Of a stretch of 64,000 nt of DNA, positions 48,083-58,642 are shown piece after piece. The stretch spans positions 207,431 to 271,430 of the forward strand of contig CAZRNZ010000002.1 of assembly GCA_964601615.1 (NCBI GenBank). The letters are read 5' to 3'. The position numbers were made by a program, and so were the translations under genes. The DNA comes from an uncultured Candidatus Saccharibacteria bacterium. Lineage in GTDB: Bacteria; Patescibacteriota; Minisyncoccia; Phycocordibacterales; UBA918. The notes beneath the pieces were generated by a model that was given only the letters and a program-made list of their open reading frames with translations, was not told the DNA's origin and ran no database searches. Position 1 is the stretch's first letter. Every line of letters begins with the position of its first letter.

Positions 48083-48118
48083 AAAAAGGCAGGACGCTTT
48101 GCGTCCCGCCTTTTTATT
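48083..48118. terminator. Bidirectional terminator
   Basis: GGCAGGACGC-TTT-GCGTCCCGCC hairpin. Confidence 0.65.
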
Positions 48119-48133
48119 TAAATCACCGCAAAA

Positions 48134-49222
48134 TTAAGAATTCATTTCTTTGAAAGACAAAGTCATTCTTTGGTTCTGTGGTTCAAATAGAGTTATCTTG
48201 AATTTGTAGACACCTCCAAGTGATAGAGCTTCCTTAAGCTTCTGTTCATTTTCAAATTCAGAAATATGAACCAATCCAGCAACACCTTCTTCGATAGAAG
48301 CAAGGGCACCATGCTTGTTGAACTTAATAACAACTCCCTCAACTTCCTGATCTTTCTTGTACTTAGCTGTTGCTAATACCCAAGGGTTTTCCTTAAGTTG
48401 CTTGATAGAAAGTGAAATCTTGTCATCTTTAACCTCGATAACTTTCACTTGTACCTTGTCGCCAACCTTGTAAAGAATCTTCGGATTATCTACGAGACCC
48501 CAGTCTAGTTCAGAAATATGAACCAATCCTTCTAGGCCGTCCTCAACTTTAACGAAGATACCAAAATCAACTGCTCCAGTTACTTCACCGTCAAGTACGT
48601 CACCAACTTCGTAACGACTGATTTTCTCTTCTTTTTCTTCCTTATCTTGTGAAGACTTCTCAGAGAAGATCATCTTACTTTCTTTCTGGTCAGCAGTGAT
48701 GATGATTACAGAAAGGAATTTTCCAACTAGGCTTTGTAGTTCAGTAAGAATCTTGTCCTTGTCACCATCAGCTACACGAGGGTAGTTGTCGGTTGAAAGT
48801 TGTGAAGCAGGAAGGAAACCTTGGATTCCTTGCCAATCAAGGATAAGGCCACCCTTGTTAGCTTCTTTAACTTCTAGATTAAAGATGGACTGGCTACGAA
48901 CAGCAGCTTCAGCATCGCTCCAGATAAGAGCCTGACGAGCTTCCTTAAGAGATAGCTCAATATAACCATCTTCGTTTCCAGCGTCTACCACCTTGGCACC
49001 AATTGAATCACCAACTGATACTTTGCGAAGAATATCGCGAGCATTCATGTACTCACGTCCATAAATAAGACCAGAACCGAAAGGTGGTAGGTCTACATAT
49101 ACACGTGCGCGTCCGATTGCTGATACAACTCCTTCTACGATATCTCCAACCTTTGGTGGTTCAGGAGAGTCGTTGATAATTTTTTGTAAAGCACTGTTTT
49201 GTGCTGTATTTGTGTCTGACAT
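48134..49222 (-). CDS. rpsA: 30S ribosomal protein S1 (4 S1 domains)
   Basis: Repeated S1 OB-fold motifs (GDIVEGVV..., GDKVQVKVIEV...). Confidence 0.85.
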   Translation of the reverse strand: MSDTNTAQNSALQKIINDSPEPPKVGDIVEGVVSAIGRARVYVDLPPFGSGLIYGREYMNARDILRKVSVGDSIGAKVVDAGNEDGYIELSLKEARQALIWSDAEAAVRSQSIFNLEVKEANKGGLILDWQGIQGFLPASQLSTDNYPRVADGDKDKILTELQSLVGKFLSVIIITADQKESKMIFSEKSSQDKEEKEEKISRYEVGDVLDGEVTGAVDFGIFVKVEDGLEGLVHISELDWGLVDNPKILYKVGDKVQVKVIEVKDDKISLSIKQLKENPWVLATAKYKKDQEVEGVVIKFNKHGALASIEEGVAGLVHISEFENEQKLKEALSLGGVYKFKITLFEPQNQRMTLSFKEMNS

Positions 49223-49548
49223 TTGTGTTTTTAGGCTTGGCTACTAACAACATCTGATTCTCGTGGTCCTTGAATGCGCGTTGTTAGGGTTATTCCAAAC
49301 CCTTGTTTGATTAATAATTACTTCAAGATGAAGTGGCGCGATTTTACCATAAAAATAGAAAAAGACCAGCCTTTTAAGGGGCTGGTCCAGTTATTTGGAG
49401 GCGTGCATGCACTTTCCAAATAGACCCATAGGAACTTGCACATGCTAAAGATTACTCCTCTTTATATTACTGTCAATAGATTCTATTCACGTATTTTATT
49501 TAGCTTAGCTACTGCCATAAGGCAATATTCTTTGTTATAATCGTCGAC

Positions 49549-50172
49549 ATGATAATTACATACCAAGGAGGTCAGTGTTTTAAGGTTTCTTTTGGCGACA
49601 CTACCATTGCTTTCAATCCGCCGAGTAAGCAGTCAAAGAATTTTGATTCAGTTAAATTTGGATCTGATGTAGCTTTTATTTCTCTAAAGCACCCAGATTT
49701 TAACGGTAGTGACCAAGTTGCTCATGGTAGTAAAGAACCTTTTGTTGTTAGTGGTCCTGGAGAATATGAAATTGGTGATGTAACTGCTCATGGTTTTGGT
49801 GTTTCAACAATGTATGAAAACAAAACCCACTTCAATACTATCTATCAGGTAAGACTTGAGGGAATAAATATGGTTTTCTTGGGTTCACTTAGTTCACCTG
49901 ATATTGAGCCAAAAATTCTTTCTGAACTTAGTGATGTAGATATTTTATTCCTCCCAATTGGAGGTGGTGATGTTTTAGAGGTACCACAAGCCTCGAAGTT
50001 GGCTGTTAAGCTGGAGGCTAAGTTGGTTATTCCAATGCATTACGATAAAAATGCTCTAGCGGCTTTTTTGAAAGAAGAAGGTGAAGATAAAAATGTACCA
50101 CAAGAAAAGTTAACTATTAAGAAAAAAGAAGTCGAAGCAATGGAAGGCAATGTTGTGGTTCTAAAAAGCTAA
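49549..50172 (+). CDS. MBL-fold metal-dependent hydrolase (UPF0173-like)
   Basis: N-terminal ITYQGGQCFKV and the histidine spacing of UPF0173. Confidence 0.65.
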   Translation: MIITYQGGQCFKVSFGDTTIAFNPPSKQSKNFDSVKFGSDVAFISLKHPDFNGSDQVAHGSKEPFVVSGPGEYEIGDVTAHGFGVSTMYENKTHFNTIYQVRLEGINMVFLGSLSSPDIEPKILSELSDVDILFLPIGGGDVLEVPQASKLAVKLEAKLVIPMHYDKNALAAFLKEEGEDKNVPQEKLTIKKKEVEAMEGNVVVLKS

Positions 50173-50180
50173 TTCATTTT

Positions 50181-50573
50181 ATGTTAGAAGAGTTGCGTAA
50201 CAAACCAAGGGCCGCACGAGAAAGTTATGCTTTCTGGGGCGCTACAGTGATAACTGGTTTAATTGCGCTTGTTTGGGCAGTTGCATTTACGGATAAAATT
50301 CAAAATACTTCAGAATTAACTTCTGGAGAAAAACAAACTGCTAGCGCCTTCTCGCAATTCTTTAGTGATATAAAAAATGATATTTCCAACAAAATAGACC
50401 AAGGAATCAGTCGGGTTGGTTCTGAGTCTGAAAAGAGTAAGGAAGATGAGGAAACTGAGTCAAAGTCGGAAATCTTACCAGTCAAATCAGAACAAGAAGG
50501 GGTTGGAGTAATGATAGGTACTACGACTACTAAAGAGGTACAAATTGCCCCTTCTTCAAAATTAAATCATTAA
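50181..50573 (+). CDS. Hypothetical membrane-anchored protein
   Basis: One TM then a Ser/Glu-rich tail. Confidence 0.4.
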   Translation: MLEELRNKPRAARESYAFWGATVITGLIALVWAVAFTDKIQNTSELTSGEKQTASAFSQFFSDIKNDISNKIDQGISRVGSESEKSKEDEETESKSEILPVKSEQEGVGVMIGTTTTKEVQIAPSSKLNH

Positions 50574-50611
50574 AATCGTGCTATAATAAGCCAATAAGTT
50601 GAGTTTTTGTT

Positions 50612-53086
50612 ATGCCTAAAAAAACCGTTACCGATTCAAATCCTTTGCCTGACGCACAGCGAGGAATTGTTCCTCAGTCGATTAGTGAAGAAATGCGTGC
50701 TTCGTATTTAGACTACGCGATGTCTGTTATTACAGCTCGCGCATTGCCAGATGTGCGAGATGGTTTAAAGCCCGTGCATCGACGTATTTTATATTCAATG
50801 CGTTTAAATGGTCTTACTTCAACGGCACGTTTTAAGAAATCAGCAACAGTGGTGGGAGATGTGCTTGGTAGTTTCCATCCACATGGTGACGCTGCTGTTT
50901 ATGAAGCGATGGTTAAGTTGGCTCAACCTTTCTCAACTCGCTATCCACTGGTAATGGGGCAGGGTAACTTTGGTTCAATTGATGGTGATAGTGCTGCGGC
51001 ATATCGTTATACAGAAGCAAAGATGTCTAAAATTGCTGAAGAAATGCTTCGTGATTTAGAAAAAGATACAGTTAATTGGCGACCAAACTTTGACGGCACT
51101 AAGAAGGAGCCAGAAGTTCTTCCTGCTGCTGTACCAAATCTGCTCTTGGCAGGCACTTTGGGAATTGCGGTGGGGATGGCAACAAATATTCCGCCGCACA
51201 ACCTGCGTGAAGTTTCTAATGCTGTTGCTCATTTGATTGATAATCCAGAAGCTTCTACAGAAGATTTGTTGAACTTTGTGAAAGGTCCAGATTTTCCATT
51301 AGGTGCTGTAGCCTTTAATCAGAAGGATATTTCTCATGCCTATAATAATGGCAGAGGAGGTGTTGTTGTTCGTGGTGAGGCTGAAATCACTGAAGATAAA
51401 AAAGGTAATTTTGCCATCATCATTACCTCAGTTCCTTATCGTGTAAATAAGGCCGACATGTTGGAAAAAATTGCCAACCTAGTTCGTGAAAAGAAGATTG
51501 AAGGAATTAGAGAGATGCGTGATGAATCTACTTCAGATATTCGTGTAGTAATTGAATTAAAGAATTCAATTAACCCACAGACAGTCTTGAATAAGCTTTA
51601 TAAGCATACAGAACTCGAGAGTACTTTCCATTATAATATGGTGGCATTGGTTGATGGTATTCCACAAACTTTGTCTCTGAAAGTGATGTTGGAGGAGTAT
51701 ATAAAACATCGACAAGAAGTTGTTCGTCGACGTACTGAGTATGATTTAAGTAAGGCGAAAGACCGTGAGCATATATTACTCGGCTTAAAGAAGGCATTGG
51801 ATCATATTGATGCAATTATTAAACTTATTCGCGCTTCAAAGGATGTGCCGACTGCACATGCTGGTTTGATGGCAAAGTTTAAGTTTTCTCCAATTCAGGC
51901 ACAAGCAATTCTTGATATGCGTTTGCAGAAATTGGCTGGTTTGGAACGTAAAAAAATTGAAGAAGAGTTGAAAGAAATTCAGAAACTTATTGCTGAGCTT
52001 GAGTCTATTCTAAAGAACGTCAAGAAAATGATGGGTATAGTAAAGAAAGAGCTTTTGGATATTGCTGAGAAGTATGGGGATGATCGACGAACTAGAATAA
52101 TGAAGGGTGGTGTCAAAAATATGTCGGCAGAAGATTTGATTGCTGACGAAGAAAGTGTTTTGGTTCTAACTGCGGGCGGTTATGTGAAGCGAACAAATCC
52201 GTCTGAATATAAGACTCAAAAGCGTGGCGGGGTTGGTGTGGTTGATTTAAATACAAAAGAAGAAGATATGGTAACTACTCTTCTTACTACTTCAACTCAT
52301 AGTGATCTTTTATTCTTCACTGATATGGGTAAGGTTTATCAATGTAAGATGCATGAAATTCCAGAAGGACGTCGTGCCACTAAAGGCAAGTCAATCATGA
52401 ATTTCCTCTCGCTTCTTGCTGAAGAAAGAGTCACTTCAGTTTTGCCAGTACGTAAGAGTGATTGGGAAGGTGAGCGAGGTCTTATGATGATTACCAAAAA
52501 AGGTACTGCTAAGAAATCTGCTGCTTCAGCTTTTAAGGATGTGCGTCGTAGTGGTTTGATTGCAATTAGCTTACATGAAGATGATTCACTTATCTCCGCT
52601 AGATTTGTCGATAAGGGAGATGAGGTTTCTCTAATCACTCATAGTGGTCAACAAATTAGATTTAAGGAAAGTGATGTTCGTCAGATGGGTCGTACTGCAG
52701 CTGGTGTAGGTGCAATGAAGCTGAAGAAAGATGATTTCATTGTCTCGGCTGATATTTTGGCTCACGGTGAAAAAGATTTAGAAATCTTAGTAGTAATGGA
52801 AAAGGGATTTGGTAAAACAACTCCAGCAAAGGAATATAAGGTACAGAAGCGTGGTGGCAGTGGAATTAAAACTGCTAAAGTAACATCAAAGACAGGTAAT
52901 GTAATTGGTGGAGCGGTAATGACTAAAGAAGCAAAAGCCGAAGGAGAGTTGGTAGTTATGAGTCGTAAGGGACAGGTGATTAAATTGGAAATGAAAGACG
53001 TTCCGTCACTTGGTCGTGATACTCAAGGAGTAAAGATTATGCGAATGAAGGAAGGGGACGCTATTGCTTCAATTGTAACTTTTTAG
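50612..53086 (+). CDS. gyrA: DNA gyrase subunit A
   Basis: [26 protein letters not shown] with the active-site Tyr region. C-terminal beta-pinwheel repeats including a KRGGxG GyrA box. Confidence 0.95.
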   Translation: MPKKTVTDSNPLPDAQRGIVPQSISEEMRASYLDYAMSVITARALPDVRDGLKPVHRRILYSMRLNGLTSTARFKKSATVVGDVLGSFHPHGDAAVYEAMVKLAQPFSTRYPLVMGQGNFGSIDGDSAAAYRYTEAKMSKIAEEMLRDLEKDTVNWRPNFDGTKKEPEVLPAAVPNLLLAGTLGIAVGMATNIPPHNLREVSNAVAHLIDNPEASTEDLLNFVKGPDFPLGAVAFNQKDISHAYNNGRGGVVVRGEAEITEDKKGNFAIIITSVPYRVNKADMLEKIANLVREKKIEGIREMRDESTSDIRVVIELKNSINPQTVLNKLYKHTELESTFHYNMVALVDGIPQTLSLKVMLEEYIKHRQEVVRRRTEYDLSKAKDREHILLGLKKALDHIDAIIKLIRASKDVPTAHAGLMAKFKFSPIQAQAILDMRLQKLAGLERKKIEEELKEIQKLIAELESILKNVKKMMGIVKKELLDIAEKYGDDRRTRIMKGGVKNMSAEDLIADEESVLVLTAGGYVKRTNPSEYKTQKRGGVGVVDLNTKEEDMVTTLLTTSTHSDLLFFTDMGKVYQCKMHEIPEGRRATKGKSIMNFLSLLAEERVTSVLPVRKSDWEGERGLMMITKKGTAKKSAASAFKDVRRSGLIAISLHEDDSLISARFVDKGDEVSLITHSGQQIRFKESDVRQMGRTAAGVGAMKLKKDDFIVSADILAHGEKDLEILVVMEKGFGKTTPAKEYKVQKRGGSGIKTAKVTSKTGNVIGGAVMTKEAKAEGELVVMSRKGQVIKLEMKDVPSLGRDTQGVKIMRMKEGDAIASIVTF

Positions 53087-53111
53087 ATTTTAACTAGGGG
53101 TAGAAAAAGTT

Positions 53112-53145
53112 AAAGCGGCGGAGACTTTGTCTCCGCCGCTTTTCC
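53112..53145 (+). terminator. Rho-independent terminator
   Basis: 14-bp stem AAAGCGGCGGAGAC/GTCTCCGCCGCTTT. Confidence 0.75.
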
Positions 53146-53184
53146 TTTTCCTTTTCTCTCTGTTTCTTTTATAATTTAGATAAC

Positions 53185-53544
53185 ATGTCGATAATGAGTC
53201 TGTTGTATATTTTTTTATCAATTTACTTAGTGCCGTTTTTGTTTGCACTAGGATTGATATTTTTTCTATATGGTTTTTTTGAATATTTTATTATCGGTAA
53301 GGAAGGTGATGAAGAAAGATCACAACATGGTCGCGAACTATTTCTCAAGTCAATTGGCTGGTTTGTTGTTGGTATAATTGTTTACTTAATTGTTTTTGCT
53401 ATTGGTTGGATTTCTTCCGCAAACTTGTCTTCGTTGTTTGGTATACCAAATTCTAATCCTAGTGGGGATATGGATGGGAATGCAGGAGTTCAAATTGATC
53501 GAGGTACAGGTGTATTACAAGTTCCTAATGTTCCAACTCGATAA
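53185..53544 (+). CDS. Small two-helix membrane protein, paralog 1 (VirB2/TrbC-like candidate)
   Basis: TM1, charged loop (GKEGDEERSQHG), TM2, tail ending VPNVPTR. Shares architecture with the four ORFs at 55447-56943. Confidence 0.45.
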   Translation: MSIMSLLYIFLSIYLVPFLFALGLIFFLYGFFEYFIIGKEGDEERSQHGRELFLKSIGWFVVGIIVYLIVFAIGWISSANLSSLFGIPNSNPSGDMDGNAGVQIDRGTGVLQVPNVPTR

Positions 53545-53550
53545 TTTAAT

Positions 53551-54087
53551 ATGATAGAAGATAATTTCTTTTCGCCTGAAATTGTGGCGACACATTTTCA
53601 TTTAAGGGCTGGTGATAGAGTGGCAGACTTTGGTGCTGGTACTGGTAATTTTTCTAAAGTCCTTTCAAAGCTAGTGGGTGATGATGGTAGAGTTTATGCT
53701 TGTGAAATTCAAAAAGATTTAGCTGAGACACTTTCTGAAAATATTAGAAAGGAAAGAATGATTAATGTTGAAGTTTTATGGTGCGACATTGAAGAAGACT
53801 GTGGTACAAAAATCAGAGAGGGTTCATTGGATGCTGCAGTGTTGGTTAATACACTCTTCCAGTTTGAACAAAAAGAAATAGCCATGCAAGAAATTTATCG
53901 CACACTTCGTAGTGGTGGAAGGTTACTTATGGTTGATTGGTCAGAATCTTGGGGAGGACTTGGTCCTCAGCCAACAAATGTTGTAACGGAACATATGGCG
54001 ATAGATCTGGCTGAGACTGCAGGATTTACTTTTGAGCGCCAATTTGTGGCTGGCAAACATCATTACGGACTAGCTTTTCGAAAATAA
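53551..54087 (+). CDS. Class I SAM-dependent methyltransferase
   Basis: Motif I VADFGAGTGNFS. Methyltransferase type 11-like. Confidence 0.75.
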   Translation: MIEDNFFSPEIVATHFHLRAGDRVADFGAGTGNFSKVLSKLVGDDGRVYACEIQKDLAETLSENIRKERMINVEVLWCDIEEDCGTKIREGSLDAAVLVNTLFQFEQKEIAMQEIYRTLRSGGRLLMVDWSESWGGLGPQPTNVVTEHMAIDLAETAGFTFERQFVAGKHHYGLAFRK

Positions 54088-54138
54088 ATATATCTTTTCC
54101 TTTTCATATTTTTCTATTTAAATCTATAATAGTTATAT

Positions 54139-55443
54139 ATGGAAAATATGAGACCTTTTCAAATAGGTTTACTTATAGGTTTTGCTTTGATTGCTTTGGT
54201 TAGTATTATCATCATTGCTTCTTATCAAGGTATTAGTGGTGGCGCTACAAGCGCTTATGGTTCTCGGGTTTTAATTTGGGGAACGTTTAGTGAATCAGCT
54301 TTCTCTTCAGTTTTGTATGATCTTTCTAGGCAAGACAAAGGACTTCAAGTTGTGCAATATGTTCAAAAGAATCGAAATACTTTTGAGTCGGAATTAGTAA
54401 ACGCTATTGCTGAAGGTCGTTCGCCAGATGCGATTATCTTAGATAGTGAGTACTTATTAACACTTCGTACAAAAATTCAACCAATTTCTTACAATTCATT
54501 TCCACAAAGGACCTTAAAGGATAACTACCTTGATGGTTTTGAAATATTTGCTCTTTCAGATGGATTGTATTCAATTCCTTTTGCGGTAGATCCAGTTATT
54601 ATGTATTGGAATAGAAGCATTTTATCTTCTGGTGGTTTCTCACAACCGCCAGCAACTTGGGAGTCTTTAACAAATTTGGTAGAAAATATTACATTACGTG
54701 ATGCAACCAGAAACATTAGTCAGGCAACTGTTGCGTTTGGTGAGTATTATAATGTTATAAATTCAAAGTCACTTCTGTTAACCTTGCTTCTACAGTCAGG
54801 TAGTAGAATGATAGAAGAGGGTCAGTCTCGGTATACAGTTGTTATAAATAACGATGCCAACAACAGTAGTCGTCGTCCATTAACTTCAACCTTGCAATTT
54901 TATGTAGAGTTTAGTAATCCTGCCAGTCCTCTTTATTCTTGGAATAAGACTTTTCAAGATGATTTGGTGACTTTCTTAGGAGAAAGATTGGCTTTGTATT
55001 TTGGTTATGGTAGTGAATCTAAGCGTATAGCTTCTCAAAATCCTAATCTCAATTTTGATGCTGTCGGCGTACCTCAGGGTGCTGAAGCCATAACCAAACA
55101 AACTTATGGTAAGTTTTATGGCTTCTCTATTTTAAAGGCAAGTCCAAATAGACAAGGGACTTATCAAGCACTCTTGGCTATCTCTGGCTACAACTCAAAT
55201 GTGGCTATGGCAAATAATCTATCGCTAGTTCCGGCTTATCGAGCAGCTATAACTGCTGGAAATAGCGATGCTGTTATGCAGACTGCTTATTCACAAGCAC
55301 TTATTGCTAGAGGTTGGCTTGATCCAAACCCCTCTAAGAGTAGTGAAGCTTTTGGTGTTACTATTAATGAAATTCTTTCAGGAAGGAATAGTGTTGGTGT
55401 TGCTACTTCAGATTTGATTAGAAGATTAGAATTGGCCTTTTAG
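54139..55443 (+). CDS. Membrane-anchored extracellular solute-binding protein (family 1-like), orphan
   Basis: N-terminal TM then an SBP-like fold with PATWESL (P.TW.E) motif. No permease or ATPase adjacent. Confidence 0.6.
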   Translation: MENMRPFQIGLLIGFALIALVSIIIIASYQGISGGATSAYGSRVLIWGTFSESAFSSVLYDLSRQDKGLQVVQYVQKNRNTFESELVNAIAEGRSPDAIILDSEYLLTLRTKIQPISYNSFPQRTLKDNYLDGFEIFALSDGLYSIPFAVDPVIMYWNRSILSSGGFSQPPATWESLTNLVENITLRDATRNISQATVAFGEYYNVINSKSLLLTLLLQSGSRMIEEGQSRYTVVINNDANNSSRRPLTSTLQFYVEFSNPASPLYSWNKTFQDDLVTFLGERLALYFGYGSESKRIASQNPNLNFDAVGVPQGAEAITKQTYGKFYGFSILKASPNRQGTYQALLAISGYNSNVAMANNLSLVPAYRAAITAGNSDAVMQTAYSQALIARGWLDPNPSKSSEAFGVTINEILSGRNSVGVATSDLIRRLELAF

Positions 55444-55446
55444 TTT

Positions 55447-55839
55447 ATGAAAAAAATAAAACTAGCGATAATAAATATTTTATACTTATCAGTACCAGCT
55501 TTTGTTTCTGCAGAAAATACTGGTGTAACTGATCGTGGTGCTAATACTGGCGTAACTGATGGTGGTGTGGTCGGTATTCATTTACAGAATCCTCTTGCTA
55601 CCACTACTATTACTGAATTTTTGCAAGAGATACTGGCAGTAATAATGATTTTTGCTGTACCGTTGATTATCTTTATGATTATTTACGCTGGTTTTATGTA
55701 TGTTACTGCCCAGGGTAATGAGTCAAAGGTAAGTAAGGCGCATAAGGCTTTGCTTTATGCTGTAATTGGTGGATTATTAATTCTAGGTGCTAATATAATA
55801 TTAGCTGTAATTCAGGGGACTGTTGATGCCTTTAGATAA
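55447..55839 (+). CDS. Small two-helix membrane protein, paralog 2 (VirB2/TrbC-like candidate)
   Basis: Signal peptide (PAFVSA|EN), TM1, loop AQGNESKVSKAHK, TM2. Confidence 0.45.
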   Translation: MKKIKLAIINILYLSVPAFVSAENTGVTDRGANTGVTDGGVVGIHLQNPLATTTITEFLQEILAVIMIFAVPLIIFMIIYAGFMYVTAQGNESKVSKAHKALLYAVIGGLLILGANIILAVIQGTVDAFR

Positions 55840-55844
55840 AATTT

Positions 55845-56099
55845 ATGCCAAGAAACTTTGCCGAGTTGGTTGATGTGTTTTTAAATATATTGTCGCTCAT
55901 TATTCCACTCATTTTTTCGTTAGCTTTGCTTTTTATAACCTGGAAGATAATTGATGCTTGGGTGCTAAATGCTGGTGAGTCACGCAAGATAGATGAAGGT
56001 AAACAGTATGCTTTTTGGGGTGTTTTAGTTTTGGTAGTAATGTCTAGTATCTGGGCGATTTTACAAATACTCAGAAGTTCACTTTTTGGAACATACTAA
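55845..56099 (+). CDS. Small two-helix membrane protein, paralog 3
   Basis: TM1, loop NAGESRKIDEGKQ, TM2. Confidence 0.4.
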   Translation: MPRNFAELVDVFLNILSLIIPLIFSLALLFITWKIIDAWVLNAGESRKIDEGKQYAFWGVLVLVVMSSIWAILQILRSSLFGTY

Positions 56100-56187
56100 A
56101 TTCTATCCACAGTATAGGTGACTTTACTTATTTATCGCGATATAATTTACGTAACTTATATATTAAGTTATTAATTTAATAATATTT

Positions 56188-56598
56188 ATGAATACAATGA
56201 AGAACGTTTTAGCTAAGACAGGTGATGCATTGAAGATGGCTTTTGCTGCTGGTGCTATTTGGTCACTTGCTTTTATACAGGCATTTGCCGATACCGCTAC
56301 AAGCACCGGTGATTTTGGTGAAATAAATAATTTCATCGGTAAGATAACTAGCTTTATTAACAACACAGCTATTCCACTTATTTTTGCTATCTCTTTGGTA
56401 GTGTTTATTTGGGGTATGTTTATGTTCTTCATTAAGGATGGTGCGGCAGAAAAAGAGCAGGGAAAGCAATTGGCTATTTGGGCAGTTGTAGCATTTGTGT
56501 TGATGGTATCTATTTGGGGTATTGTAAACCTTATTGCTGGTGGACTTGGCTTTAGTGGTCAGGGCATAAACAATATACCAACTGTACCAACACGTTAA
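56188..56598 (+). CDS. Small two-helix membrane protein, paralog 4 (VirB2/TrbC-like candidate)
   Basis: Signal peptide (AFA|DT), TM1 containing FAISL as in RP4 TrbC, loop KDGAAEKEQGKQ, TM2, tail ending IPTVPTR. Confidence 0.45.
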   Translation: MNTMKNVLAKTGDALKMAFAAGAIWSLAFIQAFADTATSTGDFGEINNFIGKITSFINNTAIPLIFAISLVVFIWGMFMFFIKDGAAEKEQGKQLAIWAVVAFVLMVSIWGIVNLIAGGLGFSGQGINNIPTVPTR

Positions 56599-56655
56599 TT
56601 AATTGGTGTATAACATTCAGACTGTATTTATACAGTCTGTAGTTAGATACTAATT

Positions 56656-56943
56656 ATGATTAATAACAACATAGATTCTCCTGCTACAGATGTCGCGCGT
56701 GGTTTTTTGTTTAGATTAAACGAAGCAATACTCTATCCACTTATTACCTTAATGATGGCAATTGCTTTGGTAATTTTTCTCTATGGTTGTTTCTTATTTC
56801 TTTCCAATGCTGGGAATGAATCAGCCAGATCAAAAGGGAAGCAACATATGATGTGGGGAATTGTTGGTATGTTGGTGATGATTTCTGCATATGCAATCTT
56901 AAATATTGCAGCAGGCACTTTCGGAATTGATGTACCAAGATAA
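56656..56943 (+). CDS. Small two-helix membrane protein, paralog 5
   Basis: TM1, loop SNAGNESARSKGKQ, TM2, tail ending IDVPR. Confidence 0.45.
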   Translation: MINNNIDSPATDVARGFLFRLNEAILYPLITLMMAIALVIFLYGCFLFLSNAGNESARSKGKQHMMWGIVGMLVMISAYAILNIAAGTFGIDVPR

Positions 56944-56956
56944 GTTGAATATAAAG

Positions 56957-56990
56957 AAAAAGCCCCTTGTCGAAGACAAGGGGCTTTTAG
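56957..56990. terminator. Bidirectional terminator
   Basis: AGCCCCTTGTC-GAA-GACAAGGGGCT hairpin. Confidence 0.7.
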
Positions 56991-57008
56991 TTAATACCAA
57001 AGTACTAA

Positions 57009-57443
57009 CTAACAATCGGATGCATCAAGGACTTTAACAGTCACCAGTTCTTTTTGACCGGAAATTGGCGTGATGACATTTTCCCGAAAACCATTGCTAG
57101 ATCTGATGTCGAACCGTCCGTCTGGACTGATGTTCAGGCAAGTGCGATTATTGGGATTGATGAGGGTGACACTACCAGAAACATAGAAAGTCTCGGGAAT
57201 ACCACGCCTCATCACCACTGTACCATTTTCCACAGTTCTAACTCCGGCAACCTGTCCTCCTTGGGAGAAGTTCAGGTTGCCGGTGAAGAAACTGTTGGCA
57301 AAGTAGATGCCGGCGATAGCCAGAATTACGATCGTAGCAACCTTGTAGTATTTCTTGTAGGTCGCACGATCATCGCTTCGAGAAGCACTCGCACCAGTGT
57401 TGGCATTCTTGTTGAGGCTTGAAAGGCTGTTTGTGTCAGACAT
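57009..57443 (-). CDS. NfeD-like membrane protein (OB-fold) partner of the SPFH protein
   Basis: N-terminal TM plus a beta-rich C-terminus; immediately downstream of the SPFH gene on the same strand. Confidence 0.45.
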   Translation of the reverse strand: MSDTNSLSSLNKNANTGASASRSDDRATYKKYYKVATIVILAIAGIYFANSFFTGNLNFSQGGQVAGVRTVENGTVVMRRGIPETFYVSGSVTLINPNNRTCLNISPDGRFDIRSSNGFRENVITPISGQKELVTVKVLDASDC

Positions 57444-57446
57444 TTG

Positions 57447-58502
57447 CTACTGCTTTCCTTTTTGTTCGCTGCCTCCTTTCTTGTTTCCTTGCATTGCTGC
57501 CAGGAATGGAATTGAAGCAGTCAGAGCTTTGGCGATTTCAGGGTCGAGCTTGTCCAATCCCGAGATGTTGAATTCATGGGCAGACAAGTTCATCTTGATA
57601 TTTTCGCTGGCGGCCATGAAGCGGTCGCGAGCATGGTTGAAATCAGTCTGCGAAACCTTGCCGTCGGCAATAGCTTTACGAACCTTCTTGATATCGTCGT
57701 AGCCGAGCATAAGAGCTGTGCCGTTGGCAATAATTTCCGCTTCGGTCAGACCAGTCATGGTCTTTTGAAGTTCTTCAGAAGGCATGATTTCGGAGATAGT
57801 GATATCGCCGACTACAACACCGAATCTTTTTTCAAAGTCAGTTACTGGAGAGTTTGCACTCTCCTTGAACTCAGCACGTAGATAAGCGTTTATTACATCA
57901 ACCGAATTCAGAGCTTCGATGATGCTGTTTTTCTTCACGACGCGCTGAATGATTTCAGACTTGATAAGATCAGTGATATCGCTAGCAACAGAAGCGACGC
58001 CGCCAAGATAGGCAACAGTTTTTCTGATGTCAGCACGCAGGCGAACCGAACCTTTGATCTTGAGATTTCCCTTGGACGTCTGCACATCCACGGCAAAATT
58101 TTCACTTGTTTCTTCTAGAGAAATATTGCGACCAGATTCACGTCCTTCCCATGGATAAGAAATGTGGAGGCCAGGGCCGTAGACCACATAAGCTTTCCGA
58201 TCTTCCTGGCCGGAAGATGGATTAAGAAAGGTCTGCAGTTGGTCGATTGTGACGAAGGCACGGAAAGTGCCGACTTTCACAATGAACTTATGCAAAGTCT
58301 GGGTTATAACAAAAGCTTGAAGAAGCAAGCCGGCGAAGAATCCGATTGCCGCATTGCCAAACCAATTGCCGGAGATGGCAGAAGTGATCATGGGAATGAA
58401 GCAGGTGAGAATCAGCCAGCCAAAAAAGACAAGCTGACGACTATTGCGATCACGCTCGACGAGCGAATCTGTAGCATAGATCTGGAGATCATTGTCAGCC
58501 AT
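57447..58502 (-). CDS. SPFH/band-7 (stomatin/flotillin-like) domain protein
   Basis: N-terminal TM then an SPFH-like alpha/beta domain and a coiled-coil C-terminus. Confidence 0.6.
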   Translation of the reverse strand: MADNDLQIYATDSLVERDRNSRQLVFFGWLILTCFIPMITSAISGNWFGNAAIGFFAGLLLQAFVITQTLHKFIVKVGTFRAFVTIDQLQTFLNPSSGQEDRKAYVVYGPGLHISYPWEGRESGRNISLEETSENFAVDVQTSKGNLKIKGSVRLRADIRKTVAYLGGVASVASDITDLIKSEIIQRVVKKNSIIEALNSVDVINAYLRAEFKESANSPVTDFEKRFGVVVGDITISEIMPSEELQKTMTGLTEAEIIANGTALMLGYDDIKKVRKAIADGKVSQTDFNHARDRFMAASENIKMNLSAHEFNISGLDKLDPEIAKALTASIPFLAAMQGNKKGGSEQKGKQ

Positions 58503-58642
58503 TTTGATGTATCCTTTTCAAAGTACTGTGCGCTCTTGCGCAATGGAATTGTGGGTTTACCACTCTTCCTTTATAATAGCATATTTTAAGTAAAAAGTCA
58601 AGGTAAAATGCCGAAAATTTAGCATTGAGATTCAGTACTTTT

